From positions 37,386,001 to 37,450,000 of the forward strand of contig OX597839.1 of assembly GCA_951406725.2 (NCBI GenBank): a stretch of 64,000 nucleotides of DNA, in the 5' to 3' direction. This document shows, one piece after another, positions 38,704 through 50,534 of this stretch (positions are counted from its first letter, which is position 1; each line of letters opens with the position of its first letter). The notes under the pieces were generated by a model. That model was not told the DNA's origin. It saw only the letters and a program-made list of their open reading frames with translations, and made no database searches. The position numbers and the translations under genes are program-made. The DNA is from Octopus vulgaris. Lineage: Eukaryota.

Positions 38704-38777
38704 GTGAGGCATGTTATTGTATTTGGTTCCTCTTTCTCTCTTTGTCTTTAAATGTATCAAGGAATGTGTGGGTGTGG

Positions 38778-38815
<38 letters not shown>

Positions 38816-39038
38816 CGGTAAGCTTTATGAAAATAGACAAAAGACGAAGGCAGGTTTACGGAAATAAACAAAAGACGAAGGCAGGTGGAATACAAACAAA
38901 CAATTGTATTAGTATGGCGCTCAGGAAATATAAATGAAACAAGTCTTTAACGTTTCGAGCCTACGCTCTTCAGCAGAAAGATACACAGAAAGAAGGAGAG
39001 AAAAAAATATGCAAAAGCTAGCGAATCATATATATTAA

Positions 39039-39248
39039 GGCGGCGAGCTGGCAGACACGTGCCGGGCGAAATGCTTAGCGGTATTTCGTCTGTCGTTACG
39101 TTCTGAGGTCAACTTTGCCTTTCATCCTTTCGGGATCGATAAATAAAGTACCAGTTTCGCACTGGGGTCGATATTATCGACTCAATCCCTTCGTCTGTCC
39201 TTGTTTGTCCCCTCTATGTTTAGCCCCTTCTGGGCAGTAAAGAAATAT
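39039..39248 (+). mobile_element. SINE family B
   Basis: GGCGGCGAGCTGGCAGA head through the AAAGAAATA tail. Confidence 0.85.
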
Positions 39249-39263
39249 ATGTATATATATATA

Positions 39264-39645
39264 GTGGCTGTGTGGTAAGTAGCTTCCTTACGAACCGCAT
39301 GGTTCTGGGTTCAGTCCCACTGTGTGGCACCTCGGGCAAGTGTCTTCTACTATAGCCTCGAGCCAACCAAAGCCTTGTGAGTGGATTTGGTAGACAGAAA
39401 CTGAAAGAAGCCTGTCATATATATGTATATATATATACATGTTTGTGTGTCTGTGCTTGTCCCCCCATCATCGCTTGACAACCGATGCTGGTGTGTTTAC
39501 GTCCCTGTAACTTAGTGGTTCGGCAAAAAAAACGATAGAATAAGTACTTGGCTTACAAAGAATATGTCCTGGGGTTGATTTGCTCGACTAAAGGCGGTAC
39601 TCCAGCATGGCCACAGTCAAATGACTGCAACAAGTAAAAGAGAGA
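39264..39645 (+). mobile_element. SINE family A
   Basis: Near full-length match. Confidence 0.87.
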
Positions 39646-40024
39646 GTAAAGAGTATTAAAATGTTGATGATTATATATATACATGCACACACACATACAT
39701 ATGTATACCCCGCCTGGCCTCCGTGCCGGTGACATGTAAAAAGCACCATCCGAGCATGACGTTAGGAAGGGCATCAAGCTGATGATATTGGGTGTGTGAT
39801 TAAGAAGCTTGCTTCTCAACCAAGTGGTTTCATGTTCAATCCCACTGTATGGTACCTTGTGCAAATGTTTTCTGCTTTAGTCCTCGGCCAACTAAAGCCA
39901 TGTATATTGATTTGATAGGTGGAAACTAAAAGAATACTGACATATATGTGTGTGTGGGGGGCTCTTAGTTGTTTCAAGGTGTAAAGACTATAACATTTTT
40001 TCTTCTTCCCTGTTTTTTTTCCAG

Positions 40025-40183
40025 ACAGAGCCATTTTGATGAGGTACCAGAACCGTTGGTTTGATGCTGATGAGGACACCCAGGACAACAAACTAACCAA
40101 AGAAGAATTCCTTAAGTTCCGTCATCCGGAGCACCGCGAGGACTCTACACTAGAGATGGCTGAGAGTATTCTTAACAGCCTTG
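40025..40183 (+). CDS. SDF4: Cab45 exon 4 (RWFDADEDTQDNKLTKEEFLKFRHPEH)
   Basis: ttttccAG|AC...CTT G|GTAACT, 159 nt, CREC-family FxHPE motif. Confidence 0.95.
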
Positions 40184-41524
40184 GTAACTATCTCCTCATC
40201 CACTTCTGCCTCCTCCTCCTCCTCTTCTTTCCCGTCTTCTACCATACCCTTTATCTCCCTCTTCTTTCCTGTCTTCTACGTTCCCCTCTATCTCCCTTTC
40301 TTCCTCCTTCTCTTCTGCCCTCTCACCTCTCCTTCCACCTTCTTCCCTCCTCTGCCTCCATCCTCTTTCTCTTTTCATCTTCATCACCATCTTCATCATC
40401 GTCACCATCATCATCATTTAAAGTCCATTTTTCATGCTAGCATGGATCGGACAGTTTGACCTAAGCTGGAGAGCGACACCAGATTCCAGTCTGATTTTGC
40501 TTGGTCTGTAGGACTGGATATGCTTCCTATTGCCAACCACTTTACAGAGTGTAGTGGGGGCTTTTTACATGGTCCAGCACAAGTGCCCTTTCCATTGACC
40601 AGCATGGGTGCTTTTAATTTAGTCTGTTGTGGAAGGTTCAACCTCCATGGACAATGGAGGTTAGCTTAAGGCTTATAGAGTTATTGTTGCACTTGTTTAA
40701 CCCTGGGTCAGTCTCCTGTTCCAGCAGACCTAGAATCAAATAGGTTCCCAGCCATGACCATCCCATTTCATATTGTCTTTTCTCTCTCCATTTAAGGTAC
40801 CCATGTTTCTCTCCTAATGCAAAACACCTTCTCTGCCTGCCTCAATACTACCCGACCCCTTCTTGTGTGAGCTTCCCCTGCAAGTTACTTGGTGGCCTTA
40901 CTGGTGATGGCACCACGTAAAAAAGGGCCCAGTACACCATGTAAAGTGGTTGGCGTTAGGAAGAGCATCCAGCTGTAAAAAGTCATGCCAAAACAGACAG
41001 CAGAGCTTGGTGCAACTCTCTGGCTTGCCAGTTGTTGTCAAACTGTCCAACCCATGCCTGCATGGAAAAACGGACATTAACTGATGATGATGATGGTATC
41101 TAGGAGTACTGTATTTAATGTGTTCTTCTTTGTTGTTAGTTTGCTTTGTTAGCCCCAACTTAGTCCTGATTTGGTAGAGCTTATGGTCAAAAGAGATCCC
41201 AGCTATGACCATTGACCATTCCCATCTTATACCTATCAATAGTGTATCCAGGAGTACAATTATCTAGTTCATCCCTAGTCCAGTAGATCTCTGATTGAAG
41301 GTGTTTCAACCATGACCATGTTGCCATCCCCTTTTCCTCCACCACCCCAAAAATAATATAATTTCTAGCTTTGTGCATCAGAAATCATTATTATTAATTA
41401 AAAATCATTATTAAACCATTGGTTAATCCACATTACTCTGTAAGGAGCAAAGGGCCTGTTTCCCAGGTGTCTATGTCCTTCCTTGTATAAGATACCTGTC
41501 CATTACAGGGTTACTTAGTTTAAG

Positions 41525-41848
41525 TGAAGGTGCGTGGCTTAGTGGTTAGGGCATTACGCTCACGATTGTAAGGTCGTGAGTTCGATTCCCTGCGATGCGT
41601 TGTGTCCTTGTGCAAGACACTTTATTTCACGTTGCTCCAGTCCAATCAGCTAGCAAAAATGAGTAGTGCCTGTATTTCAAAAGGGCCAGCCTTGTCACAC
41701 AGTGCGTCATGCTGAATCTCCCCGAGAATCACGTTAAGGCTACACATGTCTGTGGGGTGCTCAGCCACTTGCACGTTAGTTTCACGAGCATGCTGTTCCG
41801 CTGATCGTATCAGCTGGGACCTTCGTCGTCGCAACCGACGGAGTGCTC
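41525..41848 (+). mobile_element. SINE family D, tail variant 3
   Basis: Same head and core as other D copies; tail shared with 54042-54410. Confidence 0.85.
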
Positions 41849-42046
41849 CTATATACTTAGTTTTACCAGCCGAGTGGACTGGAGCAATGTGAAATGAAGT
41901 GTATTGCTCAAGAACACAATGCATTACGTGTTCTAGGACTTGAAAATAAAGTACTGGTCGTGATGTAATTGACTATCCCTGCCCCTAAAATTGCTGGCCC
42001 TGTGCCAAAATTTGAAAATTTTATTATTGTAGTTACTGAGTGAAAG

Positions 42047-42590
42047 AGCAGTGCATGCCATCACAGTGACACTGGGGTAAAATATACGAAACACAGTATA
42101 CCCATCATGACTACCCGTCTGATAAGGGTGCACCAGGCACATGCATCACAACCATATGTGCACGACACGGTGATCTCATATCAAGATTAACAGCGCATAA
42201 CTTTGCAGGTGGGGGCCTAGTTAGAATTTTCTTCAGGTCGAGTAACCCATCATGTACAAAAGGTCCCTGAATAAGAGTTGTTTAAGGATGTTGAACAAAA
42301 CACCCATGTTTTCAAAGATGAATGATCCAAGCCCCAAAGAATTCCTCTCAACACATAGCTATAATGCTCCCTCACTACTTCTGCTCGTGATCAGAGGTGC
42401 ACATATCATCAGCCACTAAGGGACATGCTCAACTGGTTAAGGTCGAACAACTGACAAAAACAAATCTGTGGTATTGAGCAGAATATTTACTGTAGCCCAT
42501 CTTTTATACCAAGACAAAACAATGCACATGATAACACTTCCAATCAGTTCAGATCAGGAGCCGTGAGAGCTACTGCCTCAAACTGCATTT
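42047..42590. repeat. Unclassified dispersed repeat; second partial copy at about 43562-43803 in the same orientation
   Basis: Shared block GAGTAACCCATC...AAGGTCCCTGAATAAG...CAAATCTGTGGTATTGAGCAGAATA. Confidence 0.75.
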
Positions 42591-42625
42591 ATCATCATCA
42601 TCATCATTAATATTATTATTATTAT

Positions 42626-43100
42626 GTTTTTTCCTTCTTTCTTCAAATTTTCTTCCATTTCTCGCCGAGTGTTTTCCATACACCTAGGGCAGAGAAGGGC
42701 ATTGTATGCATTCCCAGATTACACGCGCAAATTCACAGATAAAATATGTATTTAAAAATTAATAAATAAATAAATTCATGGATGGATGTTATTTTCACAG
42801 CAATAATGCTCTTCTCAGTACATGAGCCGTTCCAGTTAATACAATTTTTTGCACTTCCTGTAGGGATGGTAAGCCTGGAGTCATATTCAAATAGGTTTCA
42901 GTGCCATTTTTTATCATTCCTAGAGATCCTACAATCACTGGTACTGTAGTCGCCTTGAGATGTCACATTTTCTCAATTTCCATTAGCAGGTCTTTATATT
43001 TACTAATCTTGTCAAATTCTTTTGCCACTATATTGTGATCACTCATGTCAATTAATAAACACATCCTTTTTGTCTGATGTTTTATCATGATATCCGGTTT
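42626..43100 (-). mobile_element. Dong/R4-like non-LTR retrotransposon 3' fragment (restriction-like endonuclease domain)
   Basis: Minus-strand translation KPDIMIKHQTKRMCLLIDMS..KEFDKISKYKDLLMEIEKM*HLKATTVPVIVGSLG...LQEVQKIVLTGTAHVLRRAL, flanked on both sides by (ATT/TAA)n. Confidence 0.8.
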
Positions 43101-43188
43101 ATTTATTATTATTATTATTATTTATTATTATTATTATCATTATTATTATTATGAATTATTATTGTTGTTGTTGTCTGTCTATCTTCAG

Positions 43189-43361
43189 ATAAGAACAGAA
43201 ATGAGAAGTTGACAGTGGATGAATTTATTGCCCTACCCCCAGGAATCGTGTCTGAAACTGAAGCTAAAGACGACCGCCAATGGCAAGATGAACGAAAATA
43301 TGAATTTGAGAATTACATTGATTCCAACAAAGATGGCATTGTTGATGTGGTGGAATTAAAG
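43189..43361 (+). CDS. SDF4: Cab45 exon 5 (EF-hands DKNRNEKLTVDE and DSNKDGIVDVVE)
   Basis: cttcAG|AT...AAG|GTAACT, 173 nt, phase 1/0. Confidence 0.95.
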
Positions 43362-44097
43362 GTAACTTCAATGACCTCTGCTCTGTTGTTGTAGTCTCAG
43401 GTTGTCCTGGGGGTCAACCATTAAACTGCATCCAGTGGTGGGGCTCCAGCTTGGGTGTCTTTCGTACTGTGCTATCACCAGTGAGCTTATGTTTGCAGAG
43501 GTGGGTTGGTCTTCTTGAGCATGTCTCCAATGATCGCAGACCTTTATTGTTTTCTGTGTGAGTAACCCATCCCACTCAAAAGGTCCCTGAATAAGGGTTG
43601 TTTAAGAATGTTGAACGAAACACCCATGTTTCCAGAGGTGAATTATTCAAACCCCAAAGAATCCCTCTCAACACATGGCTATGATGCTCCCCCACTACTT
43701 CTGCTCGTGATCAGAGATGCACATATCGTCAGCCACCAAGGGACATGCTCAACTGGTTAAGGTCAAACAACTGACAAGCAAATCTGTGGTATTGAGCAGA
43801 ATACCTCCACCACAGGTTCCCTCCACAGTTAGAAATCAGCACTCCTTTACACAGCTGCCCTCATCCATACACATCACATGTGCAGTCATCTCTCTTACAC
43901 ACCACATTTGATTCCTTTTATGCCTAACTTTTCCCTCAAGATGCTTACACTCTGTCATATATATATATATTATATGTGTGTGTGTTATAGTTTAGAACAA
44001 ACAGTAAAAGGTTGTCATTATAGTACTCAGAGTTTCAAATGTCAGAGCGATGAGCTATGATACATTCTTGTCAGCTGTTAATGGCAACAAACGCTAT

Positions 44098-44472
44098 GGC
44101 GCAGGAGTGGCTGTGTGGTAAGTAGCTTGCTTACCAACCACATGGTTCCGGGTTCAGTCCTACTGCGTGGCATCTTGGGAAAGTGTCTTCTGCTATAGCC
44201 TCGGGCCGACCATTGCCTTGTGAGTGGATTTGGTAGACGGAAACTGAAGGAAGCCTGTCGTATATATATGTTTGTGTGTCTGTATTTGTTCCCCTAGCAT
44301 TGCTTGACAACCGATGCTGGTGTGTTTACGTCCCCATCACTTAGCGGTTCGGCAAAAGAGACCGATAGAATAAGTACTGGGCTTACAAAGAATAAGTCCC
44401 AGGGTCGATTTGCTTGACTAAAGGCGGTGCTCCAGCATGGCCACAGTCAAATGACTGAAACAAGTAAAAGAG
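44098..44472 (+). mobile_element. SINE family A
   Basis: Full-length match. Confidence 0.88.
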
Positions 44473-44839
44473 AAAGAGAATATGTATAGTACAGAATTTT
44501 AAAAAAAACATGAAGACAAGGTGAAATAGAAACAGGAACTGGAAGAAGTCTTTAAATTTCTGAGCCTGTACTCTTCCACTGAAAGGATGGATGAGGAGAG
44601 AGAAAAAGAAAAAGAAAAGAACAAGCATCTCAGTTAGATGGTCACCACATGTTGGAATAACCTGAAGAAGAAGAAACAAGCTTGGGGGTGGTGGAGAGAC
44701 AACAGTGCCTTGGGGTGTGTGTGTGTGCAAAACTTAGTGAGGTCGTGTTTGAGATGAAGGTGTAAATGAAAGAGGAAAGATTTAAGATCAGGAATTTTGA
44801 TGGGATGAGAGACAGAAGGTAAAGATGGAATGTGTGTGT

Positions 44840-45219
44840 ATAGGAGTGGCTGTATGGTAAGTAGCTTGTTTACCAACCACATGGTTCCGGGGTTCAGTCC
44901 CACTGCGTGGCACCTTGGGCAAGTGTCTTCTACTATAGCCTTGGGCCGACCAAAGCCTTGTGAGTGGATTTGGTTGACGGAAACTGACAGAAGCCCGTCG
45001 TATATATATATATATATATGCGTGTGTGTGTTTGTGTGTCTGTGTTTGTGCCCCTAGCATTGCTGGTATGTTTATATCCCTGTTACTTAGCGGTTCGGCA
45101 AAAGAGACCGATAATATAAGTACTGGGCTTACAAAAGAATAAGTCTCGGGGGGTCGAGTTGCTCGATTAAAGGCGGTGCTCCGGCATGGCCGCAGTCAAA
45201 TGACTGAAACAAGTAAAAG
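44840..45219 (+). mobile_element. SINE family A ending about 48 nt upstream of Cab45 exon 6
   Basis: Near full-length match. Confidence 0.88.
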
Positions 45220-45266
45220 CGTGAAGAGAATATTATGGTGTTTCTTTTTGTTTTCTTTTCTTCCAG

Positions 45267-45443
45267 CACTATCTTAACCCTCGTAACCCAGTCCAAATAA
45301 AGAATGAAGCTGTGGCCATCCTCGAGATGATTGACGATAATAATGATAAACACCTGTCCAAGCAAGAAGTCTTGCACCATGAATCTGAGTTTATCTCCAG
45401 CAAAATGGTAGAGATTGCTAGAAACTTCCATGATGAATTTTAG
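45267..45443 (+). CDS. SDF4: Cab45 last coding exon (EF-hand 6 DDNNDKHLSKQE; C-terminus ARNFHDEF*)
   Basis: ttccAG|CAC...CAT GAT GAA TTT TAG, 177 nt. The spliced CDS from 27324 is 1233 nt, an open frame of 410 aa. Confidence 0.95.
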   Translation, partial: HYLNPRNPVQIKNEAVAILEMIDDNNDKHLSKQEVLHHESEFISSKMVEIARNFHDEF

Positions 45444-45539
45444 AAGCCGAACAAAAGATTTTCCAATTTAAAAAAAAAAAGATTTTTTTAAAAATTAAAA
45501 TCTACTACATATCTGTTTGAGACTTTGCTTTCAACAAAA

Positions 45540-45893
45540 GATCATATATATATGCATAAATATACACACACACACACATACACTCACACAACAAACATGC
45601 ATATATATGTTTATATAGATGCATACATACATACATACATCTCTGTATGTATATATATTTATATATATATATATATATAAATAGATCTGTATATATCAAA
45701 ACATATATTTTAATATATATATACATACGTATACACACATATATCTATGTATATGTATATACATATATATATAAATAGATTTATATATATATAAAAACGT
45801 ATAAATTTATATATATATATTTGTACATACATACACACATATCTATGTACATGTATGTATATATATATATATGTGTGTATGTATGTATGTATA

Positions 45894-45971
<78 letters not shown>

Positions 45972-46055
45972 TATATAAGTGTATAAATTTATATATATAT
46001 ATATATGCATACATATGTAATTACATACACACACATGTATATATATACGTGCACA
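45540..46055. repeat. (TA)n/(CA)n-rich low-complexity tract in the presumed Cab45 3' UTR
   Basis: Directly visible just after the stop codon. Confidence 0.85.
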
Positions 46056-46419
46056 TTTTTCAATCAGTTTTATTATTTTCATACACATGTACATTTATCA
46101 AAATCTTTTGCGCTGAACACAAAAGAAAAACTTACATAATGAAACAAAAATAACAGTTATCTGAACTACATAAAACAATATATTATTATTATTATTATTA
46201 ATATTTTTGAAATTTATGCAAAAAAAAAAAATCAACAATCGAAAAAAAAAAAAAAGAAAAGAAAAAAATGATAAAGTTGATATTTTTCATCATATTATAT
46301 TTTTGTTGTATATTTCTATAATTTTTTTGAGCTTTAACTCTTTCGATGGCTAATGTAAACTTCTTTCGAAGTAATCTAAAGTAGCATGAAATTTCGATGT
46401 AAGGTTTGTGTTTTAGACA

Positions 46420-46470
<51 letters not shown>

Positions 46471-46643
46471 CAGCTCTAAAGTCAGTAATTTGAAGGGAGT
46501 AGATTTGTTGATTAATGTTCTAATGTTGAACCAGCATTTAATTTATGAAACTGGAAAGGATGAAAGGCATTGCTGGCCGCAGAGGGATTTGAACTCAGAA
46601 CAAATACTACAAGTATTTCTTCCAATGCTCTGTTTGTTATTTC

Positions 46644-47540
46644 GTTATTGCCCACAAGGGGCTAAACATAGGGGGGACAGACAAAGGCATTAAGTCGATT
46701 ACATCGGCCCCAGTATTTAACTGGTACTGAATTTATCGACATGAAAGGTGAAGTCGACCTCGGCGGAATTTGAACTCAGAATGTAGCGGCAGACAAAATA
46801 CCTATTTCTTTATTACCCACAAGGGGCTAAACACAGAGGGGACAAACAAGGACAGACAAAGGCATTAAGTCGATTACATCGGCCCCAGTATTTAACTGGT
46901 ACTGAATTTATCGACATGAAAGGTGAAGTCGACCTCGGCGGAATTTGAACTCAGAATGTAGCGGCAGACAAAATACCTATTTCTTTATTAACCCACAAGG
47001 GGCTAAACACAGAGGGGACAAACAAGGACAGACAAAGGCATTAAGTCGATTACATCGGCCCCAGTATTTAACTGGTACTGAATTTATCGACATGAAAGGT
47101 GAAGTCGACCTCGGCGGAATTTGAACTCAGAATGTAGCGGCAGACAAAATACCTATTTCTTTATTACCCACAAGGGGCTAAACACAGAGGGGACAAACAA
47201 GGACAGACAAAGGCATTAAGTCGATTACATCGGCCCCAGTATTTAACTGGTACTGAATTTATCGACATGAAAGGTGAAGTCGACCTCGGCGGAATTTGAA
47301 CTCAGAATGTAGCGGCAGACAAAATACCTATTTCTTTATTACCCACAAGGGGCTAAACACAGAGGGGACAAACAAGGACAGACAAAGGCATTAAGTCGAT
47401 TACATCGACTCCAATGCGTAACTGGTACTTAATATATCGACCCCGAAAGGATGAAAGGCAAAGTCGACCTCAGCGGGATTCGAACTCACAACGTAACGCA
47501 GACGAAACACCGCTAAGCATTTCGCCCGGCGTGCTAACGT
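46644..47540 (-). repeat. Tandem array of family B SINE segments (about 175-176 bp period) ending in a full-length copy
   Basis: CCTATTTCTT recurs at 46801, 46976, 47152 and 47327. Confidence 0.92.
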
Positions 47541-47771
47541 TTTTGCCAATCCACCACCCTGCACCAGCTTAATACTGTATTTTGTAGCATACAAGTTGAT
47601 GTAGTGTATTGTGTAGTGGTTATGTGATAAGAAGTTTGCTTCCCAACCACAGGATTTTGAGTTCAGTCCCACTGCGTGGAACCTTGAACAAGTGCCTCGA
47701 GCTAACCAAAGCCTTGTCAGTGGATGTGGTAGACAAAAACTGGGGAAAAGCTCATCGTATCTTCTTTTTTT

Positions 47772-48171
47772 TTTTTACTTGTTTCAGTGATTTGACTGCG
47801 GCCATGCTGGAGCACCGCCTTTTAGTCGAGCAAATCGACCCTGGGACTTATTCTTTGTAAGCCCAGTACTTATTTTATCGGTCTCTTTTGCCGAACTGCT
47901 AAGTGACGGGGATGTAAACACACCAGCATCGGTTGTCAAGCAATGCTAGGGGGACAAACACAGACACACAAACATATACACACACACTTATATATATATA
48001 CATATATACGACAGGCTTCTTTCAGTTTCCGTCTACCAAATCCACTCACAAGGCATTGGTCGGCCCGGGGCTATAGCAGAAGACACTTGCCCAAGATGCC
48101 ATGCAGTGGGACTGAACCCGGAACCATGTGGTTGGTTAGCAAGCTACTTACCACACAGCCACTCCTGCGCC
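47772..48171 (-). mobile_element. SINE family A
   Basis: Reverse-complement full-length match. Confidence 0.88.
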
Positions 48172-48381
48172 TATATATATTTTTATATAAATAATGAGGT
48201 TAGAAATTGATGTCAATCAATTAAAATCAATTTAAACCACTGGTCTAGCATAGTTTTTAAAAAATCCGAAGATTTGAAAATTATATTACAATTAATAAGA
48301 GGAATGACCACTAAAGTGGATTCCTAATATGCTTAAGATAGATGTCAAATCACCTTGTCTATGTTTAGCATATTAGGACTC

Positions 48382-48492
48382 AACAAGGAGGCCTACATCA
48401 AGTGCGTGGAAGAGGTTGTGCTGCTCTGGGTCAAGAGGGTGGCTGCAGGAACACCCTATGTCTGGCAACAGGACTCTGCACCATAACACACA
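48382..48492 (+). mobile_element. Tc1/mariner (maT-like) transposase fragment
   Basis: NKEAYIKCVEEVVLLWVKRVAAGTPYVWQQDSAP*HT contains the second catalytic-D motif QQDSAPxH. Confidence 0.75.
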
Positions 48493-49653
48493 ATTGTCCT
48501 GTCACCCAACTGTCTGTCTAGCGTAGAAACCATGCGAAAGCAGACAGTGGGGCCTGGTACAGCTCTCTGGTCTGCCTGACTCCTATAAAGCCATCCAACC
48601 CATGCCAGTATGAAAAAGAGACATTAAATGACGACAATTATGCATACACAGTCTGTCTTTATGTATATGTCAGTCTAAAAATCAGAGTTGTTTATACTGT
48701 GTCCCTTTTATGACTTATAACATTAGTGATTTGACAAGCTGAGACGAATAAAATAAATATCGGACTGGAATAAGTATAAAGAGGTTAGATGTGATTGATT
48801 GACACCCTTAAAGCTGATGTCACTGCATGGCTGAAGTCCTTCAACGAATATGTTTAGAGAGAAAGACAGTCAGGCTGTCTCCTAGATGTAACAGCTTGCA
48901 AGTTGGATGTAACCTTTAAAATAAACATATATATAATCACAAACACTATCATCATCATCATCATCATCGTTTAACGTCCGTTCTCCATGCTAGCATGGGT
49001 TGGACAGTTCGACCGGGGATCTGGGAAGCCAGAAGGCTGCACCAGGCTCCGGTCTGATCTGGCAGTGTTTCTACAGCTGGATGCCCTTCCTAACGCCAAC
49101 CACTCCGTGAGTGTAGTGGGTGCTTTTTACGTGCCACCTGCACTGAATATATATGTATATATACATAGATAGATATTGGTATACAGTATATACACACATA
49201 TGTCTATTATGATAAGAGATTATATGTGCTTGATACAGAAACTTTGTCACTGCAGACATTAAAGCCCAACACTTCCTTCAGGATGCTAGTCTCATCCTGC
49301 TAAGCCATCTAATCCTTGCCAGCATGGAATATACAGGGTTTTGGGATTAAATTTGACAGTTTGCACAAAAAGAAAAGGAAAATAGCCCATCCAAAAATAG
49401 GAGTATTTTTTAAAAATCTATCTAAAAAGCATTGATGCTGGTGCAACATACAAAGCAGTGGTGATGGTGCCATGTAAACAGCCCCCATTACACTCTGTAA
49501 AGTGGTTGGTATTAGGAGGACAATGGAGCCTAGTGTGACCCCCAGCCTCACCAACTCCCATCAGACTGTTTAACCCATTCCAGCATGAAAAATGGACATT
49601 AAATGATGATTATTTATATTTGACGGACATTTGTCCTCATCTTGTTTGTTGTT

Positions 49654-49699
49654 AACACAACGTTTCAGCTGATATACCCTCCAGCCTTCATCAGGTGTC
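49654..49699 (-). ncRNA. Minimal type I hammerhead ribozyme motif
   Basis: Minus strand: gacac-CTGATGA-aggctg(gagggtatat)cagct-GAAA-cg-TT-gtgtt, with palindromic AACGTT in place of stem III. Confidence 0.6.
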
Positions 49700-50338
49700 T
49701 TGGGAAAATTTCGAACCTGGGTTCTCATTCCTAAGGTATTTTTTGATGTTGTTATTATTCAGGTAGTGACCTGAATAATAATAATAATAATAAAAACATT
49801 GAAAAATACTTTAGGAATGAGAACCCAGGTTCAAAATACACACACTATTTATTCAATTTTCTCTTTAGTTTTTTTATTCATGTTTTTAGTTTATACATCT
49901 GTCAAAGTTCTTTTGTCACACACTCTGTGACCTCAGGACAAAATGGATTACGCAGGACAAGAAGAGGCACATAGGACAAGGTCACTGATGAGGTCACAGA
50001 ATATGTGATGAAAGAAATTTGACAGATTTATAACCTAACAATAATGGTTTCAAATTTGCCACAAGGGCAGCAATTTTGAGGGAGGGGGTGAGTCGATTAC
50101 CTTGACCCCAGTTTTCAACTGGTAATTATTTTGTTGGCCCTGAAAGGATGAAAGGTGGAGTCAACCTCGGCGGAACTTGAACTCAGAACATAGGAACGGG
50201 TGAAATACTCCGAAACATTCCACCCAGCCTGCTAACAATTCTGCCAGCTCGCTGCCATTTTACAAACTGAAAATAATACAAATATAAACTAAGGTAAACA
50301 GTGCATGGGTTTAATTGGCCAAAAAAAAAAAAAATGAC

Positions 50339-50499
50339 CGCAGGAGTGGCTGTGTGGTAAGTAGCTTGCTTACCAACCACATGGTTCCGGGTTCAGTCCC
50401 ACTGCGTGGAACCTTGGGCAAGTGTCTTCTGCTATAGCCTCGGGCCGACCAATGCCTTGTGAGTAGATTTGGTAGACGGAAACTGAAAGAAGCCTGTTG

Positions 50500-50534
<35 letters not shown>

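Noticed and set aside
40184-40459. Ser/Pro/Leu-rich extension of the Cab45 exon 4 ORF
   Set aside because: Read-through into an intronic pyrimidine-rich low-complexity tract past the GT donor at 40184.
45444-46400. Cab45 polyadenylation signal
   Set aside because: Only variant hexamers (for example ATTAAA near 45494) in very AT-rich sequence; the site cannot be assigned.
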